Part shown: in pieces, positions 17,823 to 27,556 of the stretch
Layout: each line of letters opens with the position of its first letter
Position numbering within the stretch: position 1 is the stretch's first letter
Source of the DNA: Minisyncoccota bacterium
Lineage (GTDB): Bacteria; Patescibacteriota; Minisyncoccia; Phycocordibacterales; UBA9973
Assembly (NCBI GenBank): GCA_041663185.1
Contig: JBAZQY010000001.1
Coordinates: forward strand, 19,448-83,447
Length of the DNA stretch: 64,000 bases
Direction of reading: 5' to 3'
The notes under the pieces: model-generated
Told to the model about the DNA's origin: nothing
Database searches by the model: none
What the model saw: the letters and a program-made list of their open reading frames with translations, nothing else
Position numbers and translations under genes: made by a program

Positions 17823-19328
17823 ATGTCAGAAAAAAAAGATACAAATGAAAAAGTGCGCCCACCCATAATTGTCGTCATGGGGCATGTTGATCATGGTAAA
17901 TCAACCCTTTTAGATTACATTAGAAAATCAAATGTAGTTCTGGGAGAAGCTGGGGGTATCACTCAACATATTAGTGCCTATGAAGTGACCAGGAAAAGTG
18001 GCTCCGGGGAAACAAGGCAATTGACATTTCTCGATACTCCAGGGCATGAAGCTTTTTCGAAAATGCGTTGCCGTGGAGCACAAGCTGCTGACATTGCAAT
18101 TTTAGTAGTATCTGCTGAAGATGGTATGAAAGCCCAAACTCTTGAAGCTTACAACACAATTATCGAAAATAAAATTTCATACATCGTTGCTATTAATAAA
18201 ATTGACAAAGCTAACGCCAACATTGAAAAAACAAAAATGGATTTGTCAGAGAAAGGAATTTATCTTGAGGGGATGGGTGGCGACATTCCATTTGTTCTCA
18301 TTTCTGCCAAAACGGGTACTGGAGTAGAAGAACTTTTAGATATGATTATTCTCGTGGCTGACCTCGAAGAATTCAAGGGTGATCCATCACAAAATGCCAG
18401 TGGAATTGTGATTGAAGCAAAGCGTGACCCTCAGCGTGGAATTAGCGCCACTTGTATTATTAAAAATGGAACTCTTAAATCTGGAATGTTTGTGGCAACT
18501 GGTGAAGCAATAGTAACCACTCGTATAATGGAGAATTTTTTGGGTAAACCCATAAAAGAAGCCACATTTTCATCCCCTATTCGTCTGGTCGGCTTCCTAT
18601 CGATGCCAGAAATTGGAAATGTATTTCAATCATTTAAGACCAAAAAAGAAGCTGAGAATTATATTTACGAACTAAAAAATGAAAAAACACATAGTCCAGA
18701 AGATCGACAGGAAACTTTTAATGGTAAAATTATTCCAATTATTATCAAAACCGATGTATCTGGTTCTATTGAAGCAATAGAAAAAGAAATCAAGAAATTA
18801 AATCGTGATGAGATATCATTTAAAATAATTAGTAGCGGAGTCGGAGCAATAAATGAATCTGACCTAAAAATGGGGAGTGTAAACAAAGAAAGTGTAATTG
18901 TTGGATTCAACACAAAGATAGATAGCGGGGCCAGAGATTTGAATGAGTCATTGAAAGTAAAAATTGAAATTTTTGACATTATTTATAAACTAACTGATTA
19001 TCTTAAAGAATTAGTGGAAACTCGTCGTCCGAGAGTTGAGACAGTTGAAGTTATTGGATCATTGAAAGTATTGAAAACTTTCGGAGCAACCAAGGGTAAA
19101 CAAATTGTCGGTGGAAAAGTTACGACTGGGAAGATAACTCTGGGAAGTAATATTCGCATATTGCGTCGTGATTTTGAAATAGGAACTGGGAAAATCGCCG
19201 AACTACAAATTAATAAACTTAAATCAAAAGAAGTTGGAGAGGGGTCTGAATGTGGACTTCAAGTAGAGACGAAAATGGATATAGCTACCGGCGATGTACT
19301 TGAAGTTTTTGAAATTAAAATAGTATAG
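17823..19328 (+). CDS. infB: Translation initiation factor IF-2 (short form)
   Basis: G-domain [27 protein letters not shown]; IF-2 C-terminal domains. 501 aa. Confidence 0.9.
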   Translation: MSEKKDTNEKVRPPIIVVMGHVDHGKSTLLDYIRKSNVVLGEAGGITQHISAYEVTRKSGSGETRQLTFLDTPGHEAFSKMRCRGAQAADIAILVVSAEDGMKAQTLEAYNTIIENKISYIVAINKIDKANANIEKTKMDLSEKGIYLEGMGGDIPFVLISAKTGTGVEELLDMIILVADLEEFKGDPSQNASGIVIEAKRDPQRGISATCIIKNGTLKSGMFVATGEAIVTTRIMENFLGKPIKEATFSSPIRLVGFLSMPEIGNVFQSFKTKKEAENYIYELKNEKTHSPEDRQETFNGKIIPIIIKTDVSGSIEAIEKEIKKLNRDEISFKIISSGVGAINESDLKMGSVNKESVIVGFNTKIDSGARDLNESLKVKIEIFDIIYKLTDYLKELVETRRPRVETVEVIGSLKVLKTFGATKGKQIVGGKVTTGKITLGSNIRILRRDFEIGTGKIAELQINKLKSKEVGEGSECGLQVETKMDIATGDVLEVFEIKIV

Positions 19329-19329
19329 G

Positions 19330-19418
19330 AGTTGAAACAAATTATATTCTAAAAAAAGTCCTCGGACGAGGGAGGACGAGAAGCCAGACATTTTTTTATA
19401 AAATAATTTGTTTCAACT
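19330..19418. repeat. Long imperfect hairpin (26/28-bp AT-rich stem) with a 33-nt GC-rich loop, between infB and rbfA
   Basis: agttgaaacaaattatattctaaaaaaa pairs with tttttttataaaataatttgtttcaact. The loop gtcctcggacgagggaggacgagaagccagaca contains a nested hairpin gtcctc/gaggac. Confidence 0.65.
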
Positions 19419-19429
19419 AAAATCAAAAA

Positions 19430-19753
19430 ATGTCAGAATATAGAAACGAAAAAATAAAAAACAATATAAAAGAACTTTCAGCGATATTCATTGAACGAGA
19501 AGCTGGAACTACTTCTCTTATTACTGTTACCCGAGTAGAGTTATCTCCTGATAGTAAGAGAGCAACTATTTTCATAAGTGTTATGCCAAGAGAAAAAGAA
19601 AATGCTGCTTATGGATTCATAAAAAGAAATCTAGGAGAGTTGCGAAAATATGTTGCTAAAAACTTAAAAATAAATCCCATCCCCTATTTAGATGTCATGA
19701 TAGACGAAGGAGAAAAACACCGCCAAAAAATTGACGAATTACTGAAAAATTAG
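19430..19753 (+). CDS. rbfA: Ribosome-binding factor A
   Basis: RbfA KH-like motif TVTRVELSPDSKRATIFISV. Confidence 0.85.
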   Translation: MSEYRNEKIKNNIKELSAIFIEREAGTTSLITVTRVELSPDSKRATIFISVMPREKENAAYGFIKRNLGELRKYVAKNLKINPIPYLDVMIDEGEKHRQKIDELLKN

Positions 19754-19788
19754 TTGCTAGGTTCTAGTTTCTAGGTTATATTAGGAAA

Positions 19789-19893
19789 GAAGCAAGTAGT
19801 ATACATAAAAATTTCTTCGCTTATCCCTCTCCGCCCTTCGGGCTCCGGCGCGCCCACACCTACTCAGAAATTTTCATGTATACTACTTGCTTC
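19789..19893. repeat. Long hairpin (28-bp stem, one mismatch) around the same GC-rich core as 17711-17809
   Basis: gaagcaagtagtatacataaaaatttct pairs with agaaattttcatgtatactacttgcttc. Loop is tcgcttatccct...ccggcgcgcccacacctactc. Confidence 0.7.
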
Positions 19894-19901
19894 TTAGAAA
19901 T

Positions 19902-19973
19902 GGCCTAGTCGCCAAGTGGTAAGGCAAGGGTCTGCAAAACCCTTACACAGCGGTTCGATTCCGCTCTAGGCCT
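19902..19973 (+). tRNA. tRNA-Cys(GCA): tRNA-Cys (anticodon GCA)
   Basis: Acceptor ggcctag/ctaggcc, anticodon loop ctGCAaa, T-arm agcgg-ttcgatt-ccgct. Confidence 0.85.
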
Positions 19974-20002
19974 CAGTGTGATATGATGTAATAGTTTTTT
20001 AT

Positions 20003-20086
20003 GCCGGGGTGGCGAAACTGGCAGACGCACTTGCCTTAGGAGCAAGCGAGAGTAATCTCATGGAGGTTCAAGTCCTCTCCCCGGCA
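20003..20086 (+). tRNA. tRNA-Leu(TAG): tRNA-Leu (anticodon TAG) with long variable arm
   Basis: Acceptor gccgggg/ccccggc, anticodon stem-loop cttgc-ctTAGga-gcaag, T-arm ggagg-ttcaagt-cctct. Confidence 0.85.
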
Positions 20087-20167
20087 CAAAAGATATTTTG
20101 TGCGAGGACTTGAAGACCTTGAGTATATCGCACGGAACAAAGTGAGTACGATACGAAAGGTGTACAG

Positions 20168-20191
20168 AATCTGTAAGATTCAAGTCCTCTC
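20168..20191. repeat. Direct repeat of the tRNA-Leu 3' end (att-like duplication) about 80 bp downstream of the tRNA
   Basis: attcaagtcctctcccccggcaca matches the tRNA T-loop/acceptor ggttcaagtcctctccccggcaca with a 1-nt indel. Confidence 0.6.
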
Positions 20192-20215
20192 CCCCGGCAC
20201 AATATTTTTTATTTT

Positions 20216-21085
20216 ATGTCTCACGAAAAAACGGCCACGAAAACTATATACTTCAGTATTCTAAGTAGTGCGGTCTTAGCTACAATCAAATGGCTAGCTG
20301 GTGTTTTTGGCCATTCGTACGCACTGATTGCGGATGCGATAGAATCAACAACTGACATCGTTTCTTCTGTGTTAGTTTTATTTGGAATTAAGTATGCTAA
20401 TAAACCACCAGACAAAGGCCACCCATACGGCCACGGAAGAATTGAGCCACTGGTAACTTTCCTGGTTGTTGGATTTTTAATAACTTCGGCAATTGTCATT
20501 TCTATTAACGCGATAGAAAATATTAATACACCCCACCAGTCGCCTAAGGCATACACTCTATTTATTTTAGCAGGCATAATTGCTTGGAAGGAAATTTCTT
20601 ATCGTTTAGTTATTAAAAAAAGTAAAGAAACAAAAAGCACTTCTTTAAAGGCCGACGCTTGGCACCATAGGAGCGATGCCATAACTTCAGTAGCAGCATT
20701 TATTGGAATTTCTATCGCCCTTATTTTGGGTCCAGGGTTTGAACAAGCTGATGATTGGGCAGCACTTTTTGCTGCGGTATTTATCTTATATAATAGTTAT
20801 TTGATTTTTCGGCCAGCTTTTGGAGAAATTATGGATGAATATACTCATGAAGATTTTACAAAGAAAATTAGAGAAATATCAAAAAAAACTGAAGGAGTTC
20901 TCGATACTGAAAAATGTTTCGTCAGAAAAACTGGGATGAAATTCTATGTCGATTTACATATTACCGTTGATGCCAAAATTTCAGTTAAAGAAGGACATGA
21001 TATTTCCCATAAACTAAAAAGCCGTCTTGAAAATGAAATTCCTGAATTATCAAATGTCTTAATCCACATTGAGCCAAATGAATAG
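20216..21085 (+). CDS. Cation diffusion facilitator family transporter
   Basis: CDF TM signature HSYALIADAIESTTDIVSS and a C-terminal cytoplasmic domain. Confidence 0.85.
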   Translation: MSHEKTATKTIYFSILSSAVLATIKWLAGVFGHSYALIADAIESTTDIVSSVLVLFGIKYANKPPDKGHPYGHGRIEPLVTFLVVGFLITSAIVISINAIENINTPHQSPKAYTLFILAGIIAWKEISYRLVIKKSKETKSTSLKADAWHHRSDAITSVAAFIGISIALILGPGFEQADDWAALFAAVFILYNSYLIFRPAFGEIMDEYTHEDFTKKIREISKKTEGVLDTEKCFVRKTGMKFYVDLHITVDAKISVKEGHDISHKLKSRLENEIPELSNVLIHIEPNE

Positions 21086-21115
21086 ATTTGCTTATTACCC
21101 TCAAATATAGTATCA

Positions 21116-21358
21116 TTGAACAATATGATGATTGTCGCCCAAATATTGCCTTATATACAGATTATCTTGTCTATTATTTTAATAGTCGCTATCCTTCTTC
21201 AGCAATCTAGCGCCGGAGTCGGAGGAGCCCTAGGTGGAGGAGATAGTGGTGGACTTTATAATACTCGCCGTGGTTTTGAGAAATTCCTTTTTGTATTAAC
21301 AATAGTTATTAGTATTCTTTTCGCGATATCATCATTTATCGCCATACTCATCAAATAA
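21116..21358 (+). CDS. secG: Preprotein translocase subunit SecG
   Basis: Two TM helices flanking LLQQSSAGVGGALGGGDSGG. 80 aa. Confidence 0.8.
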   Translation: MNNMMIVAQILPYIQIILSIILIVAILLQQSSAGVGGALGGGDSGGLYNTRRGFEKFLFVLTIVISILFAISSFIAILIK

Positions 21359-21374
21359 CTAAATTGTCTTTGGT

Positions 21375-23192
21375 TTGCTGTTTTGGTTGAATGCTTTTAT
21401 GCATAAATTTATTCTATTTATTAAAGAATTTCATATTTATAAGAAGAAAGAACTACTCGAGGCCATCTCGTCTTTTTCGAAGAAGCAATTCTTTATTTTT
21501 ATTGGGATCGCAGTTGTAGCTCTAGTTTCAATGATAATATTATTGAGTAAAATTAATTCTCTATTATTAGTTAGTGTTCCGACAAGTGGAGGAACCATTA
21601 CAGAAGGAATTGTCGGAGTCCCTACTTTAATTAATCCTGTCATTGCTTTAACAGATGCCGATAAAGATCTGACGATTCTTGTTTATTCTGGATTAATGAG
21701 AAAAAATTCCGAAGGAGAATTCATCCCTGATTTAGCCGAATCATTTACTATGTCACCAGATGGAACAAGTTATACTTTTATTCTCAGAAAAGATGCCAAA
21801 TTTCATAACGGAACTAAGGTAACAGCCGATGATGTGATTTTCACTATTGAAAAAATAAAAGATCCAATTATCAAAAGTCCAAGAAAAATGGGTTGGGATG
21901 GAGTTAGTATCAGCAAAATAGATGACTACACGATTACTTTCAATTTGGCTCAGCCATACATTTCTTTTCTTGATAATACAACAATTGGTATTTTGCCATC
22001 TAAAGTGTGGAAAAATGTTAATCCAAATGAATTTAACTTATCTACCCTCAACACAAAAGCTATCGGTTCAGGTCCTTACAAAGTAAGAACTGTTTTAAAA
22101 AATAAGGATGGAATTCCACAAAAATATGAACTTGTACGTTTTAAAAACTTTACTTTAGATAAACCCCTAATCAAACATATTAATATTATTTCTTACGCTA
22201 ATGAAAAAGATTTATTAAAAGCCCTAAGCAATCATTCAATTGATCAAGCTGGAGGAATAAGTTCCGAAAATATTGTGAACTTTAAAAAAGGAAAATATAC
22301 CATCCATACAGCCACCCTACCTAGAATTTTTGGAGTCTTTTTCAATAGTAATAAAAATAAAATTTTTAATGATCCGGCTGTCATCAAAGCTTTTGCAACT
22401 GCCCTAGATAAACAAGAAATTGTTGATCAAGTTTTGGGAGGATATGGTTCAACTGTCTATAATCCTATTCCTGAAAAAATAATTAAAAGTGACACAGAAG
22501 AAAAATATGAGAAAATGAACATTGAAGAAGCAAATCTAATTCTTGAAAAAGCTGGGTGGATAAAAGGAGAAGATGGAATTCGCGCTAAAGGAGGAACAAC
22601 AACTGTAACTAAAAAAGTTGGTAAAAAAACTGTTACCGAAACAGTCAAAAATCCGACCGGGGCAACACGACTTACCTTTGCTCTAACTACTGGGGATGCT
22701 CCAGAATTAAAACAAACAACTGAATTAATTAAGGAACAATTAGGAAAGATTGGAGTGGAGGTTGATATAAAAAAGGTTTATGAAACTGGTCAGTTGAACC
22801 AATTAATTAGAGCTCGTGATTATGAAGCACTATTTTTTGGACAAGTAATTAATCATGAATCTGACTTGTATTCGTTTTGGCATTCTTCTCAACGAATAGA
22901 TCCCGGATTAAATATCGCAATGTATAGTAATAAAAAAGTAGACGCTTTACTTGAATCAATTCAAAAAACATTAAACCCAGAAGATCGTATGGGAAAATAT
23001 CAAAATTTGGCTACAGAATTTGATACAAATATTCCAGCCTTCTTAATCTATTCTCCTTCTTACATATATATCACATCGAATGATCTTAACAATATGTCTC
23101 TAAATACTATCACTATCCCGTCAGATCGTTTTAATTCTGTATATACATGGTCTGCTAGTATAGATAGAGTTTGGAAAATCTTTACTAAATAA
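21375..23192 (+). CDS. ABC transporter substrate-binding protein, family 5 (peptide/nickel type), membrane-anchored
   Basis: N-terminal TM anchor, then an SBP family-5 fold by overall similarity (OppA/DppA-like). Confidence 0.75.
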   Translation: MLFWLNAFMHKFILFIKEFHIYKKKELLEAISSFSKKQFFIFIGIAVVALVSMIILLSKINSLLLVSVPTSGGTITEGIVGVPTLINPVIALTDADKDLTILVYSGLMRKNSEGEFIPDLAESFTMSPDGTSYTFILRKDAKFHNGTKVTADDVIFTIEKIKDPIIKSPRKMGWDGVSISKIDDYTITFNLAQPYISFLDNTTIGILPSKVWKNVNPNEFNLSTLNTKAIGSGPYKVRTVLKNKDGIPQKYELVRFKNFTLDKPLIKHINIISYANEKDLLKALSNHSIDQAGGISSENIVNFKKGKYTIHTATLPRIFGVFFNSNKNKIFNDPAVIKAFATALDKQEIVDQVLGGYGSTVYNPIPEKIIKSDTEEKYEKMNIEEANLILEKAGWIKGEDGIRAKGGTTTVTKKVGKKTVTETVKNPTGATRLTFALTTGDAPELKQTTELIKEQLGKIGVEVDIKKVYETGQLNQLIRARDYEALFFGQVINHESDLYSFWHSSQRIDPGLNIAMYSNKKVDALLESIQKTLNPEDRMGKYQNLATEFDTNIPAFLIYSPSYIYITSNDLNNMSLNTITIPSDRFNSVYTWSASIDRVWKIFTK

Positions 23193-23203
23193 TAAAATAA
23201 CAA

Positions 23204-25192
23204 ATGACTGAAATACATAAAAAAAATCAAAATACTAAATCTAAGAATTCTCAAAGATTTAGTTATAGAAAACAGGGTAATATCCGTGTCTTACATAAAG
23301 TAGGACAGCCTAACATTAAAACTAATACAAATATTGTAAAACAAAATACTTATACCACAAATGACAAACCACAAACATCCAATAGAAAAATAAATCGTAG
23401 TAGTTATCAATATGGAAGTAATAAAGGAGGTCGGATGCCCAAAAGAGAAAAGGCTCCTCCTCCAACCACCTATCAAACGTTTAAGAAAACAGTTTCCAAA
23501 ATTCCCGACCCAGAAAAAGGAGTCATCCGAATTATTCCACTTGGAGGAGTAGAGGAAATTGGAAAAAATATGACCGCGATTGAAATTGGTGATGATATTA
23601 TCGTCATTGATGCTGGAATGCAATTCAAAACAGAAGATACTCCAGGAATTGATTATATTATTCCAAATACGACTTATTTAGAAGAAAGAAAGGATAAAAT
23701 TCGAGCCATGCTTGTAACTCACGGGCACTTGGATCATATTGGGGGTATCCCTCTTGTCATGAGTCGAATTGGTAATCCTCCATTATATTCTCGAAACTTA
23801 TCTGTCTTGGTTATGAAGAAACGTCAGGAAGAATTCCCTCACCTACCACCACTTGATGCACATATTATTGAAACAAATTCAGTTGTCTATGCCGGTAAAA
23901 TTCGTATTCGCTTTTTTGGTGTGACTCACACCATGCCCGATTCTATGGGTATCGTCATCGAAACACCCTATGGAGTCATCGTAACCCCTGGAGATTATAA
24001 ACTTGATCAAATAGATGGCGTAGTTACAGACGAAGAAGAAAAAGAATATGCTTTTTTTGATAAAGAAAAAGTTCTTCTGTTATTGACAGACTCAACAAAT
24101 ATTGAAAATGAAGGATTTGCGTTACCAGAAGTGCGAGTGCATGAGGGCTTGGATAAAGTGATCAGACAAGGCACTGGCCGTATTATTATTTCAGCTTTTG
24201 CTTCATCAATTACTCGTTTAATGAAAATTGTTGAAATCGCTGAATCTCTCGGGAAGAAAGTCGTCTTAGATGGAAGGTCACTGAAAACAAACATGGAGGT
24301 TTGTGAACAAGCTGGAATTTTTAAACCTAAAAAGGGCACCATTATTCCAGTTGAAGATGTTGATAAATATCCACCCAATAAAGTTCTAATTATGATGACC
24401 GGAGCCCAGGGAGAAGAATTCGCCGCTCTCGGCCGTGCTGCAAATAAAACTCACAAGAAATTTACCATTCGCCCGGGTGATACAATAATACTTTCTTCAT
24501 CTATTGTCCCTGGCAATGAAATCGCAGTTCAACATTTGAAAGATAACTTATCTCGTCATGGTGTCCGGATTATTAGTTATAGAACAAGTGAAGAATACAT
24601 CCACGCCACAGGTCACGGTAATCAAGAAGATATAAAATGGCTACATAAGAAAACTCATCCAAAATTTTTCATTCCAATTCATGGTTGGCATTCGATGCTT
24701 GTCAAACATAAAGAGGTTGCTATGTCTCTCGGAATGTCTGAAGAAAACATTATTGTCCCCGACAATGGCTCTATTATTGAAATTGTAAATAATGGAAGTA
24801 AAATTGTTCTTCGTAAAGAAAAAGCCCCATCTGGTCCGATGATGGTGGATGGATTTTCTATTGGTGATGAACAAGATGTTGTTATCAGAGATAGAGTTAT
24901 GCTTGCTCAAGATGGTATGTTTGTTTTAATTGCAACGATTGATTCGACTACTGGTAAATTAAGAAAATCTCCAGACATCATATCGCGTGGATTTATCTAT
25001 CTCAAAGAAAACCAGGAATTACTTCACCAAGTCCGATTAATTATCAAAAAAACAATTGAAGATGAGATTGGAAGAATGAATCCGATCGACTTTGATGTTA
25101 TTAAAACTGCCCTGGGAGATAATATTTCAAAATTCCTTTTCCAGAAAACCGCTAAACGACCTATTGTCATTCCAGTATTATTAAGTATTTAA
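23204..25192 (+). CDS. rnj: Ribonuclease J (MBL/beta-CASP) with a basic low-complexity N-terminal extension
   Basis: HxHxDH motif LVTHGHLDHIGG plus beta-CASP and C-terminal domains. A possible alternative start sits at about 23435, preceded by an AAAGGAGG SD. Confidence 0.85.
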   Translation: MTEIHKKNQNTKSKNSQRFSYRKQGNIRVLHKVGQPNIKTNTNIVKQNTYTTNDKPQTSNRKINRSSYQYGSNKGGRMPKREKAPPPTTYQTFKKTVSKIPDPEKGVIRIIPLGGVEEIGKNMTAIEIGDDIIVIDAGMQFKTEDTPGIDYIIPNTTYLEERKDKIRAMLVTHGHLDHIGGIPLVMSRIGNPPLYSRNLSVLVMKKRQEEFPHLPPLDAHIIETNSVVYAGKIRIRFFGVTHTMPDSMGIVIETPYGVIVTPGDYKLDQIDGVVTDEEEKEYAFFDKEKVLLLLTDSTNIENEGFALPEVRVHEGLDKVIRQGTGRIIISAFASSITRLMKIVEIAESLGKKVVLDGRSLKTNMEVCEQAGIFKPKKGTIIPVEDVDKYPPNKVLIMMTGAQGEEFAALGRAANKTHKKFTIRPGDTIILSSSIVPGNEIAVQHLKDNLSRHGVRIISYRTSEEYIHATGHGNQEDIKWLHKKTHPKFFIPIHGWHSMLVKHKEVAMSLGMSEENIIVPDNGSIIEIVNNGSKIVLRKEKAPSGPMMVDGFSIGDEQDVVIRDRVMLAQDGMFVLIATIDSTTGKLRKSPDIISRGFIYLKENQELLHQVRLIIKKTIEDEIGRMNPIDFDVIKTALGDNISKFLFQKTAKRPIVIPVLLSI

Positions 25193-25203
25193 AAAATAAC
25201 AAG

Positions 25204-26388
25204 ATGAGGACAACAAAACTTAAACGCATGTATGTTCTATCATTTCTTTTCACTTTACATATTGCCTTATCAGCATATGTAAACTCAGCTTTTTTGACTG
25301 ATATAATTTCAGAAAAATATGTCGGGGTGCTCTATACCCTATCTTCAATTGTTACTCTGGCTCTACTTTCGAAAAGTGTAAACATCTTAGAATTTGTTGG
25401 CAATAGACGATTCACTTTAGGATTACTTTTTGTGAACATGCTTGCTTTAGTAGGAATGATAACTTCTAACAATGTTTATATTGTCGGAGCATCTTTTGTC
25501 CTTTTTGTTTCAACTAATACTCAAATATTATATTGCATCGATATATTCATTGAACACTTTGGAGACAAGAAAACTATTGGAAAAAACCGTGGACTCTACT
25601 TAACAATTATTAATTTAGCATGGTTGGCCTCCCCTCTTTTATCATCTTTTTTGATTACTCAAGTAGGGGGTTATCAAACCATTTATATCGTGGCTTTTAT
25701 TGTCGCTATCATAATGACCATTGGTTTAACTTTCTCGGTAAAAACTTTTAAAGATAAAACGTATAAGAAAACTCCATTTCTTGAAACATACCGATATCTA
25801 AAAACCAACCATCACATGTTGGCGATTACAATCATAAATTTTATCTTACAATTCTTTTATGCTTGGATGGTCATCTATACTCCTATATACTTACACCAAC
25901 ACATTGGGCTTAATTGGGGCCAAATTGGTATTATTTTTACAATAATGCTTACTCCATTTATCATTTTTAGTTTACCTGTCGGGGTTCTCATAGATAAATA
26001 TCACATCAAAAAAAGAACCATGCTATATATCGGTTTTGTTATTATCAGCTTATCAACATTTTTGATAGCTGGAATAACCACTAAAAGCGTCATCTTGTGG
26101 GCAGTAGTCTTATTCATAACAAGAATGGGCGCGAGCATCATTGAGACAACTTCAGAAATTTATTTCTTTACTCACATCAAAGAGGAGGAGGCATATCTAC
26201 TTAGCGTCTTTCGTGATATGATGCCAGTGGCTTATATTATCGCTCCGCTTCTCAGTACTATTATTTTTATATTCTTACCATTTAAGTTTTTATTTATTAT
26301 TTTAAGTATTGTCTTACTCGCAGGCTTATACTATATTCCACATTTAAAACATAATCATGAACCTCTCTTATCCGATTCGAATAAATAA
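25204..26388 (+). CDS. MFS transporter
   Basis: About 12 predicted TM helices in an MFS-like arrangement. Confidence 0.7.
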   Translation: MRTTKLKRMYVLSFLFTLHIALSAYVNSAFLTDIISEKYVGVLYTLSSIVTLALLSKSVNILEFVGNRRFTLGLLFVNMLALVGMITSNNVYIVGASFVLFVSTNTQILYCIDIFIEHFGDKKTIGKNRGLYLTIINLAWLASPLLSSFLITQVGGYQTIYIVAFIVAIIMTIGLTFSVKTFKDKTYKKTPFLETYRYLKTNHHMLAITIINFILQFFYAWMVIYTPIYLHQHIGLNWGQIGIIFTIMLTPFIIFSLPVGVLIDKYHIKKRTMLYIGFVIISLSTFLIAGITTKSVILWAVVLFITRMGASIIETTSEIYFFTHIKEEEAYLLSVFRDMMPVAYIIAPLLSTIIFIFLPFKFLFIILSIVLLAGLYYIPHLKHNHEPLLSDSNK

Positions 26389-27067
26389 ATATTTGGCCAT
26401 TCACAATTACTCCACTCGCACTGGAGCTGATGAACTTATAAAAAAAGGTTTTGTCTCTATTAATGGAAAGCGTGCAGTACTTGGTGATAAGGTCAATAAG
26501 GGTGATGAGGTAATTGTAAGCAAAAAAGCTCCTCAAAAAGAATATGTCTATTATGCTTATAATAAAGCTACTGGGATTTCTACAAACCCAGACACTACAA
26601 GTAAAGATATTCTACAGGTTACAAAATTCCCTGTCCGAGTTTTCCCAGTCGGCCGATTGGATAAAGATTCACACGGATTAATTATACTGACCAACGACGG
26701 TAGGGTGACTGATCGACTTCTGTCCCCTCGCTTTATCCACGAGAAAGAATATGTTGTGAAGGTCGAACCGAATTTCTCAGATAAATTCATTACCCTCATG
26801 TCAAACGGTGTCCACTTTGATAAATATGTCAGCAAGAAATGCAAAGTGAATCGCAAGGAAAACTCCAAAAATACTTTCCATATAATTCTTACTGAGGGTA
26901 AAAAACGGCAAATTAGACGAATGTGCGAAGCCCTACACCACCAGGTTCTAGACCTTAAAAGAATCAGAATTATGAATATTCTACTCGGCAAACTCCCTCT
27001 TGGTGAGTTTCGTGAAATAAAAGAAAAAGAATTAAATGAATTTTTGAAATCATTAAATCTCATATAA
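26357..27067 (+). CDS. Pseudouridine synthase, RsuA/RluB family (S4 domain plus catalytic domain)
   Basis: S4 region INKYLA..., catalytic motif VGRLDKDSHGLIILTNDG. Overlaps the MFS gene by 32 bp. Confidence 0.8.
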   Translation: MNLSYPIRINKYLAIHNYSTRTGADELIKKGFVSINGKRAVLGDKVNKGDEVIVSKKAPQKEYVYYAYNKATGISTNPDTTSKDILQVTKFPVRVFPVGRLDKDSHGLIILTNDGRVTDRLLSPRFIHEKEYVVKVEPNFSDKFITLMSNGVHFDKYVSKKCKVNRKENSKNTFHIILTEGKKRQIRRMCEALHHQVLDLKRIRIMNILLGKLPLGEFREIKEKELNEFLKSLNLI

Positions 27068-27069
27068 CA

Positions 27070-27098
27070 AAAAATCCCCATAATGGGGATTTTTTGTT
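27070..27098 (+). terminator. Intrinsic terminator
   Basis: atcccca-taa-tggggat stem-loop followed by tttttgtt. Confidence 0.7.
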
Positions 27099-27147
27099 AT
27101 TTTATTTAGCTATGTATGGCTAAATCACAATGTGATCGCCCGATTGC

Positions 27148-27348
27148 CTATTTGGCAATATATGGTAGTAATCCCATAAAGCGAGCACGTTTGATTGCTA
27201 CAGAAAGCTTGCGTTGATTCTTTGAAGTCACATCTGTGCGTCGGCGAGCAAGCATACGGGCAGTCGGAGATAAAAATCTCTTCAATAGCTCTACATCTTT
27301 ATAATCAATATGTTTTATATTGTTTGATGAAAAATAATCTTGTTTCAT
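27148..27348 (-). CDS. rpsR: 30S ribosomal protein S18
   Basis: S18 signature [40 protein letters not shown]. Confidence 0.85.
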   Translation of the reverse strand: MKQDYFSSNNIKHIDYKDVELLKRFLSPTARMLARRRTDVTSKNQRKLSVAIKRARFMGLLPYIAK

Positions 27349-27384
27349 AAATTCTTAATGAACGTAGTGAATTTAGAATTTATG

Positions 27385-27520
27385 AAACCCTGTTAAATAA
27401 AATTTGACAGATATTCTTTATTTCTAAAAACATTACGGGTGTTTATATTTTTAATTCAATTAATTGATAAAATGTCCTGTGTTAAATTTTAATTTTTATT
27501 AAAAATTATTTAACAGGGTA
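27385..27520. repeat. 14-bp perfect inverted repeat flanking a 106-bp AT-rich spacer between ssb and rpsR
   Basis: accctgttaaataa at 27387-27400 pairs with ttatttaacagggt at 27507-27520. Confidence 0.4.
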
Positions 27521-27556
27521 AGGAAAATCATATTCGCTTCACTCGTTGATTTTCAC

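Noticed and set aside
19750-19785. ctaggtt direct repeats upstream of hairpin 2 as a protein-binding array
   Set aside because: There are only two to three short copies in an AT-rich spacer. This is insufficient evidence.
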